DNA of 63,802 bases, filler included, from Octopus bimaculoides (taxonomy: Eukaryota): assembly GCF_001194135.2 (NCBI RefSeq). It is 4 parts of 4 records of this genome, joined end to end, with 100 filler letters (N's around TTAATTAATTAA, not from the genome) between each part and the next. Parts side by side here need not be neighbours in the genome. Positions count along the whole stretch, not along the records: positions 46,148 to 62,610 come from NC_068981.1; positions 62,711 to 63,802 come from NC_068985.1; 2 more parts are not named here. One strand, given 5' to 3'. The notes below the pieces were generated by a model. That model saw nothing but the letters and a program-made list of their open reading frames with translations, made no database searches and was not told the origin of the DNA. The first letter of the stretch is position 1. Each line of letters opens with the position of its first letter. The position numbers and the translations under genes are program-made. Shown here in pieces: positions 50,803 to 63,802 of this stretch.

Positions 50803-51212
50803 AACAACAAACAAGATCAGAACAAATATCCGTCGAATGTAAATAATGTAAATAATGAACATTGGTATTATTCTAAAGGAATAAAATGGTGTAAAACAAT
50901 GTAGTCTTCTCATCAAGGAAAGAAAGAAACCAAACTCATCAATAAGACATTTTAACAGAATGTGATGGATGTGTATAATGATGAACAGCACGCTATTAAG
51001 TTTTTTTTCAAAAACCATTAGAAGATATGACATCAAAGGTAGTCTACAGAAAGAGAAGGTAAAGGAAAGAAATAAACAGAAAATTAATAAAGGGGAAATA
51101 TAGAGCGATATGTGAATTGAAATAAAAGCTTAAAGGGATGGAAATAGATATAGCTAATGGAAGTGAAATGTAAGAAGAAAATCAATGTTCAAATTATATA
51201 GAATGGTAGATA

Positions 51213-51960
51213 TCACTTATATGAACTAAAGGTATGTTTCTGCCAATGTTTACATCGATAAGCACACTCTATAATCATGTTTACAAGGGGTTTCCTAGAA
51301 AATAGAATATAAAGTAGTTCACTATTACAGAGTTGGCAGAATTCTTTGCCTTTATCATATGGGAATGAAATGGAGTGAATCAACCAATCTAAATCAAATT
51401 GTTTATTATAATCTTTTAGATACCAAATTAATTTACTAAGCCCTGTACTGTTGCATTTATTACTATCCCTAAATGTAGAGTAATGATTAGAAATTCTTTT
51501 AGATAACTGAGAAGAACTACCTATATAAAAAAAAGACATCGGTACTGGAAGTAATTTTACATTGGTATATAGAGTTTTTAGTCTTAGAATTACTAGACAT
51601 AAACTTAATTCTATAGGAATTGACTTCAGAGAATATAACCTTGTTGTTAATATATCTAGGGGGATGGTTAGTATTAGCTAAATTAATGTTAGTATTAGTA
51701 ATTGGACTCTTATTTAACAGACTAATATTATGTGGAGAGATAATTTGTGAAATATTTTTTGTGTTGGAAAAAACCAATCCTAACTGTGTATGAGTTGATA
51801 ATCGAGTAATACCTAGAATTCTTTGGAAAATTCTTAATAATAGCTTCACAAAACTGGAAAGGAAGATTAGATTTAATTTGCCTCCCATAAAAAATAATCA
51901 ACCAAATAGTTTTGCTAGTAGTTGCCTTATTTTTAGTGTAACTATCTTTAAAAGACATTG
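51213..51960 (-). mobile_element. Penelope-like element, linker plus GIY-YIG endonuclease remnant
   Basis: SIYQCKI..FFYIG...KRISNH...STGLSKLIWYLK...CQLC...RCKH; frameshifted. Confidence 0.85.
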
Positions 51961-54173
51961 ATTTACCTTTAGAATGAAAAAAGGGGTCTTAAATATGAAC
52001 ACTGACCTTTGAAATTTATTCTCTCTTTTTTGGTTTTATATTCCTGAGACTCATTTAGAGCACTAATTAGTTGTGCTGTATACGGGGATAATCATCCCAT
52101 TTATTTCTTCATTATNNNNNNNNNNNNNNNNNNNNNNNNNNNNNNNNNNNNNNNNNNNNNNNNNNNNNNNNNNNNNNNNNNNNNNNNNNNNNNNNNNNNN
52201 NNNNNNNNNNNNNNNNNNNNNNNNNNNNNNNNNNNNNNNNNNNNNNNNNNNNNNNNNNNNNNNNNNNNNNNNNNNNNNNNNNNNNNNNNNNNNNNNNNNN
52301 NNNNNNNNNNNNNNNNNNNNNNNNNNNNNNNNNNNNNNNNNNNNNNNNNNNNNNNNNNNNNNNNNNNNNNNNNNNNNNNNNNNNNNNNNNNNNNNNNNNN
52401 NNNNNNNNNNNNNNNNNNNNNNNNNNNNNNNNNNNNNNNNNNNNNNNNNNNNNNNNNNNNNNNNNNNNNNNNNNNNNNNNNNNNNNNNNNNNNNNNNNNN
52501 NNNNNNNNNNNNNNNNNNNNNNNNNNNNNNNNNNNNNNNNNNNNNNNNNNNNNNNNNNNNNNNNNNNNNNNNNNNNNNNNNNNNNNNNNNNNNNNNNNNN
52601 NNNNNNNNNNNNNNNNNNNNNNNNNNNNNNNNNNNNNNNNNNNNNNNNNNNNNNNNNNNNNNNNNNNNNNNNNNNNNNNNNNNNNNNNNNNNNNNNNNNN
52701 NNNNNNNNNNNNNNNNNNNNNNNNNNNNNNNNNNNNNNNNNNNNNNNNNNNNNNNNNNNNNNNNNNNNNNNNNNNNNNNNNNNNNNNNNNNNNNNNNNNN
52801 NNNNNNNNNNNNNNNNNNNNNNNNNNNNNNNNNNNNNNNNNNNNNNNNNNNNNNAACACACACCCACACACTCTCTCCCACTGGACAATGATGCCAACAA
52901 CTTTCTTCCAAACAATGCCACCTGGTTTTGCCATTTTTAAAGGCCAAGAATAAACTTGTCATTGAAAGAACTGACCAGCTGTAAACACAATTTTCTTTCT
53001 TCTTTCACCTTTCCTTCTCTTTCCCATTGACAATCCTTTCAGATACACAGGCGCACACACACACACACACACGCGCACAGACACCAGCACAAAAACACTC
53101 ACATACACACACATACACTCTCACTTTTCCCTCCATTCCTCACCCTTTTTTACTATCCTATATATCTCTCTCCACCCCTACACATTCAATAATACTATAA
53201 AAAGAGACAGATCCTCTGAAGTGAAATCATATTTAAAGAACCTACAAGCATAGGTGCAAGCGCTAATATTTATAAAACATGTGACATATTAATAAAAATC
53301 TGTAAATGTTCCATCTAACAGATCATAAGTCGATCTGGTCATATGTCGGATTTATATTTTCAATACCATTTTCATTTATGCAATTGATGCTTGAAAGCGA
53401 CTGAGTGGCAAGCAGTGGGTGCCTGGGTATGAGGAAGGCCTGTATTGCCAGATGCTGCCGTATTTATCAAACACACAGCTACTAATGACTGAATATCGAT
53501 TTTTTAACTTAATTATTTATTTACTTTTTGTGGTCGTAAGTGCTGATAGTCATAAGTCACATAGGTTGTAAGTCGAGGAGAAAGTGTATACACACACACA
53601 CGTGTGCGCGTATGTATGTATGTATGGGTGTATATTCATGTGTGTATTTCTGCATGTACATACTTTATGTATGGATATATATGTGTATGTTTGTGTATGT
53701 GAGCATATGAACTATGTCTATGTGCCTGTGTGTATATGTCTGCACAAATGTGTGTATAACTTTTTCTTTCTTTCATTAGGACTATCAGCGATGCTCCAGA
53801 TTAATATCTAAATATAAACACTTCATCCAAATATATTCTCATATAATAAAAAATTTTCTGTCGGACGATTTCTCTAATAAGAAACTCCTTACAGGTCTAT
53901 ATAACATGAAAATCTTTGTGATTCCTATTAAAAAATGAAACATATGTAATGAAGAATAATTAATACCAAAATGTTTCCATTTTCCTATTTTGTTTATTCA
54001 ACAACTCTGCAAATAATATTTCCATAATTCTCAATTTCGATGTGTGTTTTGATTTACATTCAAAGGGAATTATGGATACATATTTATTGTAATGGAATAA
54101 ACGGATGTGTTTCAAGAGGAAACAGCTGGAATTTACCCTAACTACCTATGTGTGTATATATATATATATATAT

Positions 54174-54218
<45 letters not shown>

Positions 54219-54252
54219 CAGACTGACTGACTGACTGACTGACTGACTGACT

Positions 54253-54286
<34 letters not shown>

Positions 54287-54288
54287 AC

Positions 54289-55105
54289 AGTACAAAAAGT
54301 CAAGTTCAAGGGCAGTGGTAACGGGGTAGGAAACGGGGCTGAGGGGAAGGTCATAGTGCTACTAAGAACAATGACACACACACAAACACAGATGCATGCA
54401 CATATAAGGATACACATCATAGAAAAACAGAATGGCTTAAGCAGAGCAAGAGTACACACAAATACTGAAAGTGTTGCTGAGGAGTTCAGCCAATAACATA
54501 GAGGTTAAAGTATTATCAACGCGACACTTAGGTCACAGAGGCTAAACACATAGCAATAGACAGCCCAAACCTAAACAGAAAACATGAATGGAATAATAAT
54601 ACCCACCACCACCACACCACACCACACAACATGACAACTAAAGACTGAAGGGAGAAAAAAAATTCATAGAGACATTAAAAATACTGTATAAAGGGTACGG
54701 ATACAAACAACATAGAAAGTGAACTCACAAACACACATACAGTAACTTCACTGATGGCTGCAACAATATCAACAACACGACTAACAACAACAGTAATGGC
54801 GTTAACAACAATGGCAACAATAACTACCACAATGGCAGCAGTGTGGGCAAACACACAAACAGTGAGTTACAAGAACAGTACAAAAAGTCAGATTCAAGGG
54901 CAGCGGCAGCGGCAATGGGGCTGGGGACAGGGGCTGAGGGGAGGGTCATAGAGCTACTAAGAACAATAACACACACACAAATGTATACACACACACACAC
55001 AAACACAGATGCATGCACATATAAGGATACACATCATAGAAGAACAAAATGACTGAAGTAGAGCAAGAGCACACAAGAAGACAGAAAGTGTTGCTGAGGA
55101 GGTCA
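54289..55105 (+). repeat. Direct duplication of ~200 bp (54289-54490 and 54878-55105)
   Basis: AGTACAAAAAGTCA...GATGCATGCACATATAAGGATACACATCATAGA...GAAAGTGTTGCTGAGGAG occurs twice. Confidence 0.9.
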
Positions 55106-55244
55106 CAGATGTGTGACAAAAGAGTTCCAGACAACAGACATGAGTTAGAATAAGAACAGTAATAAACAAGTGAAGAACGAATATATAGTGTGTTTGCTTA
55201 TTTGGCAGCAAAAAAAAAAAATGACTATCCCAAAATACAACAAT

Positions 55245-55460
55245 ATATGTTGGCACTCCGCAGCTTACGACGTCGAGGGTTCCAGTTGATCCAATCAACG
55301 GAACAGCCTGCTCATGAAATTAACGTGCAAGTGGCTGAGCACTCCACAGACACGTGTACCCTTAATGCAGTTCTCGGGGATATTCAGCTTGACACAGTGT
55401 GACAAGGCTGACCCTTTGAATTACAGGCACAACAGAAACAGGAAGAGTGAGAGAAAGTTG
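55245..55460 (+). mobile_element. SINE-like interspersed repeat, unclassified
   Basis: GC-richer block recalled as a common cephalopod SINE core; single copy in this window, not verified. Confidence 0.4.
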
Positions 55461-55599
55461 TGGTGGAAGAGTACAGCAGGGTTCGCCACCATCCCCTGCC
55501 AGAGCCTCATNNNNNNNNNNNNNNNNNNNNNNNNNNNNNNNNNNNNNNNNNNNNNNNNNNNNNNNNNNNNNNNNNNNNNNNNNNNNNNNNNNNNNNNNN

Positions 55600-55645
<46 letters not shown>

Positions 55646-56129
55646 ATAGATAGGGCTAATATATCCAGGTGGGGTATCATTTAACCACTCTCTTATGATC
55701 CAAGTTATGGCTAACTGCATCGAATGGTAAGGAACAACCTAGGACTATTGAAGGTAAACAATTCCAATGTATTTCATCTGATGAGTAAATATTGGGCTCA
55801 CTTTGTTGGATTACAAACAGTTTAAAGACAACTCAATGAATGCTATAAACATTAATTAGGTGAATCTACACAATTTTTTATTATTACAGTCAATTATACA
55901 GCATACTTAATATAAATCTGTCTGACATATGTTTCTGCTGAATGGATATCTTACAATGTGTTTTCATTTTGCATCCAGTTTGTTCGTCAGGTTAAGAGTT
56001 AAGATGTTGCACACTGTTGTAGTTTGAAGTGGACTAAATGCATGTTGGTTAGGTGGTATTATATTTAATAGGGGGCAATAGCTTTTGAGTGCAATGGATG
56101 AGAAAGGAACATTTAGAAACCTGATACAG

Positions 56130-58480
56130 TTATAAAAACAGCTATCAGAATGACCCTATAGTTTGAAATTTGAATTAACGAATGCTAGATCCTAAACTCA
56201 GTTAGACAATATTTCATCTACTAGCCCTCAGTAAAGTAAAAAACAAAAAATTTCAAAGATATAGACTGTAACCTATATCACTCTAATTAAAAAAGAAATC
56301 CTCAAAAACTACAAAGTAACACATAAAAATAACTAAATTAAGTCAAACTTACAAGCTAGATTTGCTATGAGAAACTCTAGTCTATCCAAACAAGTAGACA
56401 TATCAACAACGAGAAAATCTATAATTGAATTCAAGGAAAAATACTGGGTAAGAAAGGACAGGCTTGATATGTTCAAAATTACCATGGGGTCCAGTGATTC
56501 CACTCAGATAATGAACTTAGTAGATATCAATTAATATATACTATTTTGTACAAATAATGCATTTCCACTGATGGAGATGGAGCAGACTACACAGGAATGA
56601 AGCTCTATTTACATTATATAAATCCAATAACATGAACAAGGGAAAAGTTATTCAGATTTTTCAAGGGTCTAATCTATCTCCATTGAGGAAGAACACATTA
56701 AAGTTAACTTAGAAGTTAGCTTGGATATGAGTATGGGTGGATATCAACCGTGTCGCAAGCCCAATGATAACCTCAAGTATATTAATTTTACCTCCAATCA
56801 CCCCAAAAATATCACTGAATCTATAGTCAAAATTATTTCAACCTGCATCTCTAGACTTTCAGTGAACAAGGAGACCTTTTGATAAAATGAAAAGTATTAG
56901 AATAATGCACTGGCAGAAGCAGGATACAGGGAAAGGTTCATGTACAGCCCTGAAAACAAAATGAATGAACATATAAAGGCAAATAGTACCCAGAACCTAG
57001 CAGTTACAGATATCAGGAATAGTGTAAATAACTGGGAAACCTCCATAGGTGAAATGTGAAATCTACCTACAACACCCAGAATAGCTATAGTGAAAATAAT
57101 CACATATTGGACTGAGATAGAAACATAGACAATACTAATATACTCTTTACTCTTTTACTTGTTTCAGTCATTTGACTGTGGAGCACCGCCTTTAGTCGAG
57201 CAAATCGACCCCAGGACTTATTCTTTGGAAGCCTAGTACTTATTCTATCTATTTCTTTTGCCGAACCGCTAAGTTACGGGGACGTAAACACACCAGCATC
57301 GGTTGTCGAGCGATGTTGGGGGGACAAACACAGACACACAAACACATACATGTGGTTGGTAAGCAAGCTACTTACCACACAGCCACTCCTGCGCCTATAT
57401 AGGCAAACATAATAAAGAAAGTGCAGCTAAATCCCCTAACAAAACTGGTAATTTAAGCAATGTTCTGACAGGAACAAAAAATACAAACAACCCCCTTAAG
57501 AAAAGGAATATACTGAGTGCTACTAGTATAAACAAGTATTATAACTGAACAAAACAGATTGTTTCTATAAAAATAGGCCAACTTCTCATAATAATAATGA
57601 CCCCCACAAGAGAGTAAACATATCAAGGACTATATGGTGATAAAATGCAGTATTCAGTAAGCAAATAGATACTAACTTCCCAGCAAAATTTTTCACACTT
57701 TTAGATAGGCATTTTACTAAAATCAAATAAATGCAGTAGCATCTTCAACCAGCACATGATTAGTCACATTTTCAACTAGCAGAAATTTAGCCAAAATTAT
57801 CACAGCACAGAATGTTAGGAAAATATCTGAACTCTATAACAATAAACACTGTAGTAAAATAGATAATAAATACAATAATTATAATCAAAACAACTCTACA
57901 GGTAAAGAGGATTTTCAACATAGCACTTGTTGACAATTGAAGGGAAACATATAAGATACAAGAGGTGAGCAGTGTAAGGGAGGCAACCAATATGATACTT
58001 AACTCAGGTGAACCAAATGTGATAAACTTTGGGCAGAATAACACACAAACTCAGAAGTATAGCTTAAATGTAAACACTAGTAGCTCTTTAGATAAAGATA
58101 TGGAGGAGGTATCTAATCTTGATCCCATGTTCACAGGTTGAGCTAGTCTTTGTAGCTGTGGCAATAAAATGTGCCCTCTCAACACACAATGTTTAAAGAA
58201 AAATATAGTGCAGGAGTACATCAGGTGGAATTTCACATTTTTGTATTCGGGTGTGCTCAACTACTTTCAAGGCAAGATTAGCTAATCATCTAGTTTCCTT
58301 CAAGGATAGGGAGAAAATAAACAGCACAAGCTTGAGGATATAAACACTAACTTTGACACAGAATGGAAAATTACAGGTGGGGCAGAGCCTTACATAATCA
58401 GAGGTAAGAAATGCAATTTATGCTGGGAAGAAATATTCCATATTTTCATGTCTACCAGTTATTAAATAGTAAACTGAAAT
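56130..58480 (+). mobile_element. Penelope-like element, RT plus GIY-YIG, decayed
   Basis: FKITMGSSDS, RKPNDNLKYI..SNHP, NNALAEAGY, C.CG..MCPL..QCLKKNIV, KKCNLC. Confidence 0.85.
57141..57398 (-). mobile_element. SINE family A, internally deleted, inserted in the Penelope remnant
   Basis: Tail joined directly to a partial head; the middle present in 10328-10738 is absent. Confidence 0.82.
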
Positions 58481-59799
58481 TAGCCTGAAAATGTGTGTAC
58501 CTTTACTGAAAAACACTCAAATATTTCCCTCGGAAAGATTTTTAATTAAGTAAATACCACAGAGATTGAAGGCACCAGAGTTTACATAGTAAATATTAGT
58601 GCAATATCTAGTTTGCTTATATCCTAGTAGAAATTCTTTTCTATATAATTAGTATTCTTCCTATGTAAAACTTATCATATAGAATAATTTATTCTGTATC
58701 TCGGAGGATGTTGCCTACACGTAGATTTAAGGTTAATTTATATAATAAAAAATTTGAATTTCACTTTAGCTGAAAGTATTCTAACATATTGCTTAGAATA
58801 ACTTGGCCTTAAACATAAATTCTGCATATCTCATATTTCTAAATTATATTTGACTGAATGATTTTTAATTGTATACATCTATCACTGAATTTTTTTCCTT
58901 TTTACTTTACTTAGGGCTAGTAGACAAAATATACTCTGATTGAGTTTAAACCTTAGGGTGATAATTGGGTTATCATCATAACCATTTTTATAGCTGCATC
59001 AGGTTTCTAAATGTTCCTTTCTCATTCTTTGCATTCAAAAGCTTTTATCCCCAACCAAATATAATGCTACCTAATCAACATACATTTAGTTTACTTCAGA
59101 CGACAACAGTGTGCAACACCTTGAATAAAGCTGCATAGATGAACAAACTGGATGCAAATGAAACATTGCGAGATATCCATGCAGCAGAAACATATGCTGG
59201 ACAGATTTAAATTAAATATGCTGTAATAATAAAAAGTTGTGTATTATTCTCCTTATTCATTGAATTGTCTTTTATTTATATATATTATAAACATTTGTTG
59301 TCTCATTCAATTATGTTACCGAAAACCCAAAGAATATATTCCCGCGTGATGTAGTTACTGCCTGTCCCCCCTCTCTCTCTTCGATTACTACCTGACCTTA
59401 ACTCTATATAAACCAGTTCAATATCCGACTTTCTCCAAATCGACTTCGAATTTCTTCTGCTGACAGAATACGAAATCCAGAATATGAACAGCTAAGAATT
59501 TTCAACTTCCAACCTTTCATATTACTCCCATCTCAGCGCTGATCATAATCCCCACCCACCATCCGTTCTTTATTATCTATCTATTTCTTTTCCATGTAAA
59601 CATCGCCCGTTCTCTGTTTTGTCTTAAATTCATGCATTCTTTTTATTCGCCACACTTCACTTATTTATTTTTTCTTTACTTTATTCTTATCCTCTGTCAT
59701 CCTCGGTTGTCTCCCGCGAACACTCCTAGGGGCCTTATACCATCCCCTACCCTACCCTGGGTTTTATCGATCTTATAGTGCATAAAGATTATGTAGTGT

Positions 59800-62590
59800 A
59801 TGCAGGTTGTAGGCATTGTTTTGTTTATGAATTCTGCCAAATGCAAGCTTTCTTTTCTGGTACACAACACTGCTTTCCCCCATCCCAGGGTCTCACAGGA
59901 CCACACCTCCAGCACCCACACCTCCAACATCCACACCTCCAACACCCACACCTCCAACACCCACATCTCCAACACCCACGCCTCCAACACCCACGCCTCC
60001 AACAGCCACACCTCCAACACCCACACCTCCAACACCCACACCTCCAACACCCACACCGTCAGAATTGGCACTCTCAATGTCGGCACACTGAAAGGTAGGT
60101 CTGGTGAGATTGTTGAGATGCTTGAATGGAGACGTGTAGATTTGTGCTGCATCCAAGAAGTAAGGTGGAGAGGAGGTTCCGCTAGGTTCCTCACAGGCAA
60201 AGAACACAGGTACAAGATTTTCTGGGCAAGGAACACTGACGGGGTTGGGGGCGTAGGAATACTTCTAGCACAGAAATGGGTTGATAAGGTAATCGAAGTA
60301 GTTAGAGTATGTGACAGAGTACTTAAGATTAGACTAGTGCTTCACCATAGGTTAGCTACCATCATCTCGGCCTATGCCCCTCAACCGGGGCTACTGGATG
60401 GGCAGAAAGACCAATTCTACGACACTCTCTTGCAAACTACCTCAATGACGAATGACAGGGACCTTCTCTTTGTGGCTGGTGATATCAATAGTCATGTTGG
60501 ACGACATGCAGGGGGCTTCCATGGCGTACATGGAGGCTATGGCTTCGGTTCCCACAACGAGGAGGGAACCAGACTGCTGAAGTTCTGTGATGCAAACGAT
60601 CTTATGGTTTGCAAAACCAACTTCAGGAAACCTGCCTGTCACCTTGTCACCTACCGTTCTGGCAGACACACTAGCCAAATTGACTACATCCTCACCAGAA
60701 ATAAGGAAAGAGGGCGGTTTATAAATACCAAAATATTCCCTGGCAAAGAATGTACCCCTCAACACAGATTGGTAGTTAACGACTTCGGGATCAAGGCAAA
60801 GTGGATGCCCAGAAGTAGACCAGCTTGGAGGAGAAGGGTTTGGAAGCTTAAAGATCCTGCAAATGGACAGAGATTTAGAGATATACTACTTGAAGCATTT
60901 GACGAAATAGAAGGGGATATAGCTTCACACAATGTGGAAGACAACTGGAGGTTTCTAGGGTACAACCTGCTGAGGGCCAATGACCAGATCTGCGGATGTG
61001 CTAAGTTCCCTCTTGACCCAAAGTAACGTGGTGGTGGAACAAGGAGGTAGACAGGGCTATTAGACAAAAGAAACAGGCTTGGAAGGAATGGAAGAATGGT
61101 GACAGCAGGGAATTGTATCAGACTGCCAGAAGGGAAGTTAGGAGAGAGGTTTATTTAGCCAGAGGGGAAGCAGAAAAGAAAAACTTTGCCAATGTTCTGC
61201 GCTGTGAGGACCAAAAACTTGAGGTATTTCGTGTTGCAAGACAGTGTGTGAGAGAGAATCGTGATGTCGTAGGTGAGAAATGTGTCCGCTTGGATGATGG
61301 CTCACTTGCACTAAACGGGGCTGCAAAGAGAGAGGTCTGGAGATGCCACTATGAAAGGCTGCTTAATAAAGAGAATGAATGGGAGGAAGAGAGTCTGCTG
61401 CATGTCGACCCAACAGAGGGACCAGCTATCCTAATTGACAGTACCTTGGTAGATAAAGCGATCAAGAGTATGAAGACAGGGAAAGCCCCCGGCCCATCAG
61501 GAATCACTGCAGAGATGTTCAAAATCTATGCTGATGTCCTTGCCCTAATTGCTGAGTCACTATCAGAACTAGAGGAGAAGTTTCAGGTGTGGAAGCAAGG
61601 ACCAGAATCGAAGGGCCTTAGAGTCAACCTAGCTAAAACCAAAGTCCTAATAAGTAGGAAGGTAGACAAAACACAAACCCTTTCATGTAGATGGCTTGAT
61701 CTGTAGAAAAGGCGTAGGTAGAAACTCCATAAGATGTACCCAGTGTGAGCTATGGACACATAGGAGGTGCAGCAATATCAAAGGATGGCTAACTAGCAAG
61801 ATAGTCTTTGTATGTGGCAGATGATCAAGAGCAAAAAACACTGAAAATGTGCAGAGAACAACTTCTGTCACATTCCAGTGAGAAAAACTAGAAGTAGCTG
61901 ATAGCTTCCGTTACCTAAGTGACCAAGTTTGTAGCGGGGGAGGGTGCACTGAAAGTGTAGCTGCTAGAATAAGAATAGCCTGGGCAAAGTTTAGAAAGCT
62001 CTTACCTCTGCTGGTGACAAAGGGCTTCTCACTCACAGTAAAAGACAGACTGTATGATGCATGTGTACGAACAGCCATGCTACATGGCAGTGAAACATGG
62101 CCCGTGACTGCTGAGGACATGCGTACACTTGCAAGAAATGAAACCAGTATGCTCCGATGGATGTGTAATGTAAGTGTGCATACTCGACAGAGTGTAAGTT
62201 ACCTTGAGAGAAAAATTAGACCTAAGAAGCATCAGTTGTGGTGTGCAAGAGTGACGATTGCGCTGGTATAGACATGTGGCAAGAATGGATGAGGATACCT
62301 GTGTGAAAAAGTGCCACACCCTAGCAGTTGAGGGAACCTGTGGAAGAAGTAGACCCAGGAAGACCTGGGATGAGGTGGTGAAGCATGACCTTCGAACTTT
62401 AGGCCTGACTGAGGCAATGACCAGTGACCGGGACATTTGGAAATATGCAGTACATGAGAAGACCCGGCAAGGCAAGTGAGAGCATAATCTGTGATCTCTG
62501 CCAGAAGTGTAGCTAATCCGTATCTTTACTTCATTGGACACTAAAAACCCTGCTTGCGAAGACCTGTTGAGGCAAGTGAATTTGAAATTT
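59800..62590 (+). mobile_element. RTE-clade LINE: APE endonuclease ORF 59800-61026, then frameshifted with RT core deleted
   Basis: IGTLNVGTL, IQEVRW, AYAPQ, VAGDINSHVG, QIDYIL, PQHRLVV; KAPGPSGITAEMFKI fused to YADVLALIAES. Confidence 0.95.
59901..60056 (+). repeat. 15-bp tandem repeat x10 (HTSNT) at the start of the RTE ORF
   Basis: CCACACCTCCAACAC period, in frame. Confidence 0.95.
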
Positions 62591-62710
62591 GAAATCTGAA
62601 ATCGAAATCGNNNNNNNNNNNNNNNNNNNNNNNNNNNNNNNNNNNNNNNNNNNNTTAATTAATTAANNNNNNNNNNNNNNNNNNNNNNNNNNNNNNNNNN
62701 NNNNNNNNNN

Positions 62711-62749
<39 letters not shown>

Positions 62750-62756
<7 letters not shown>

Positions 62757-63710
62757 AAGAAGGCATCAGTTGTGGTGTGCAAGAGAGACGATTGTGTTGG
62801 TATGGTCATGTGGTGAGAATGGATCAGGATAGCTGTGTGAAAAAGTGCCACACCCTAGTGGCTGAGGGAACCTATGGAAGAGGTAGATCCAGGAAGACCT
62901 GGGATGAGGTGATGAAGCACAACCTTCGAACATTAGGCCTCACAGAGGCAATGACTAGTGACCGGGACCTTTGGAAATATGCTGTGTGTGAGAAGACCCG
63001 GCAAGCCAAGTGAGACCGTAATCTGTGGCCTCTGCCAAAAGTGTAGTCAGCTCACTTATTCGTATCTTTACTTCATTGGACACTAAACTCTGCTTGCGAA
63101 GAGCTGTTGAGGCAAGTGAATTTGAAATTGAAATCGAACCAACTTCGACGACTGGCACCCATGCCAACGTCTCCTTCATTGGACACTAAACTCTGCTTGC
63201 GAAGACCTGTTGGGGCAAGTGAAATCAAAATCGTAATTGAACCATATTCGATGACCGGCACCTGTGCCAGTGGAACACTAACAGCACCGTCCGAGCTTGA
63301 TCATTGCCAGAGCAGCTGTCTGGCTTCTATGCTAGTGGAACGTAAATAGTGCCATTTGAGCGTGATCGTTACCAGCGTCGCCTTACTGGCACTTGTACCG
63401 GTGGCACGTTAGAAAATCATTCGAGAGAGGTCGTTGCCACTGCCGCTGGACTGGCTCCTGTGCAGGTGGCACGTAAAAAACACTATTTTGAGCGTGGCTG
63501 TTGCCAGCACCACATGACTGGCTCCTGTGCAGGTGGCACGTAAAAGCACCCACTACACTCTCTGAGTGGTTGGCGTTAGGAAGGGCATCCAGCTGTAGAA
63601 ACTCTTCCAGATCAGATTGGAGCCTGGTGCAACCATCTGGTTTGCCAGTCCTCAGTCAAATCGTCCAACCCATGCTAGCATGGAAAGCGGACGTTAAACG
63701 ATGATGATGA
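62750..63710 (+). mobile_element. Second RTE 3' end with modular 3' UTR and (ATG)n tail
   Basis: About 85-90% similar to 62215-62590; repeated CTTCATTGGACACTAAA and GGCTCCTGTGCAGGTGGCACGTAAAA modules. Confidence 0.9.
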
Positions 63711-63802
63711 ATATATATATATATATATATGTTTGTGTATAATTATATAAAAAGAAAAATACGAACTACTACAGTAATCCTCCCTTCTCAACACATGAAA
63801 TT

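Noticed and set aside
59901-60056. CRISPR-like or collagen-like reading of the repeat arrays
   Set aside because: Contiguous tandem repeats without unique spacers in a eukaryotic LINE; the GV-rich antisense frame is not Gly-X-Y.
62215-63130. RTE 3' duplication as a pure assembly overlap
   Set aside because: The copies differ by roughly 10-15%, so they are separate insertions, although they are joined across a pad.

Overview
AT-rich, microsatellite-dense animal genomic scaffold with many N gaps. The SINE families and repeat landscape suggest an octopus or other coleoid cephalopod (inference). (1) 783-23334 (+) holds the 3' part of a villin/advillin-type gelsolin-family gene. Seven exons were reconstructed by eye, covering G5, G6 and the villin headpiece. 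One intron is GC-AG, and one expected G6 exon is not visible, probably lying in a gap. (2) Two long uninterrupted orphan ORFs on the minus strand (31275-33518, 747 aa; 43116-45032, 638 aa) sit inside homologous upstream and downstream non-coding flanks, although I could not align the ORFs at DNA level. ORF-A carries nine SxIP/SxLP (EB1-type) motifs and a Trp-acidic repeat. ORF-B is an acidic/basic block protein with 10-aa and 27-aa tandem repeats. This pair is the most novel signal in the window. (3) The rest is decayed transposons: mariner and maT, a pogo-like remnant, a CR1/L2-like fragment, three R4/Dong-like fragments in (TAA)n tracts, RTE LINEs, two Penelope remnants plus a degenerate hammerhead motif, a Helitron-like end and two SINE families. 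All calls were made by eye without database searches; element boundaries are approximate.
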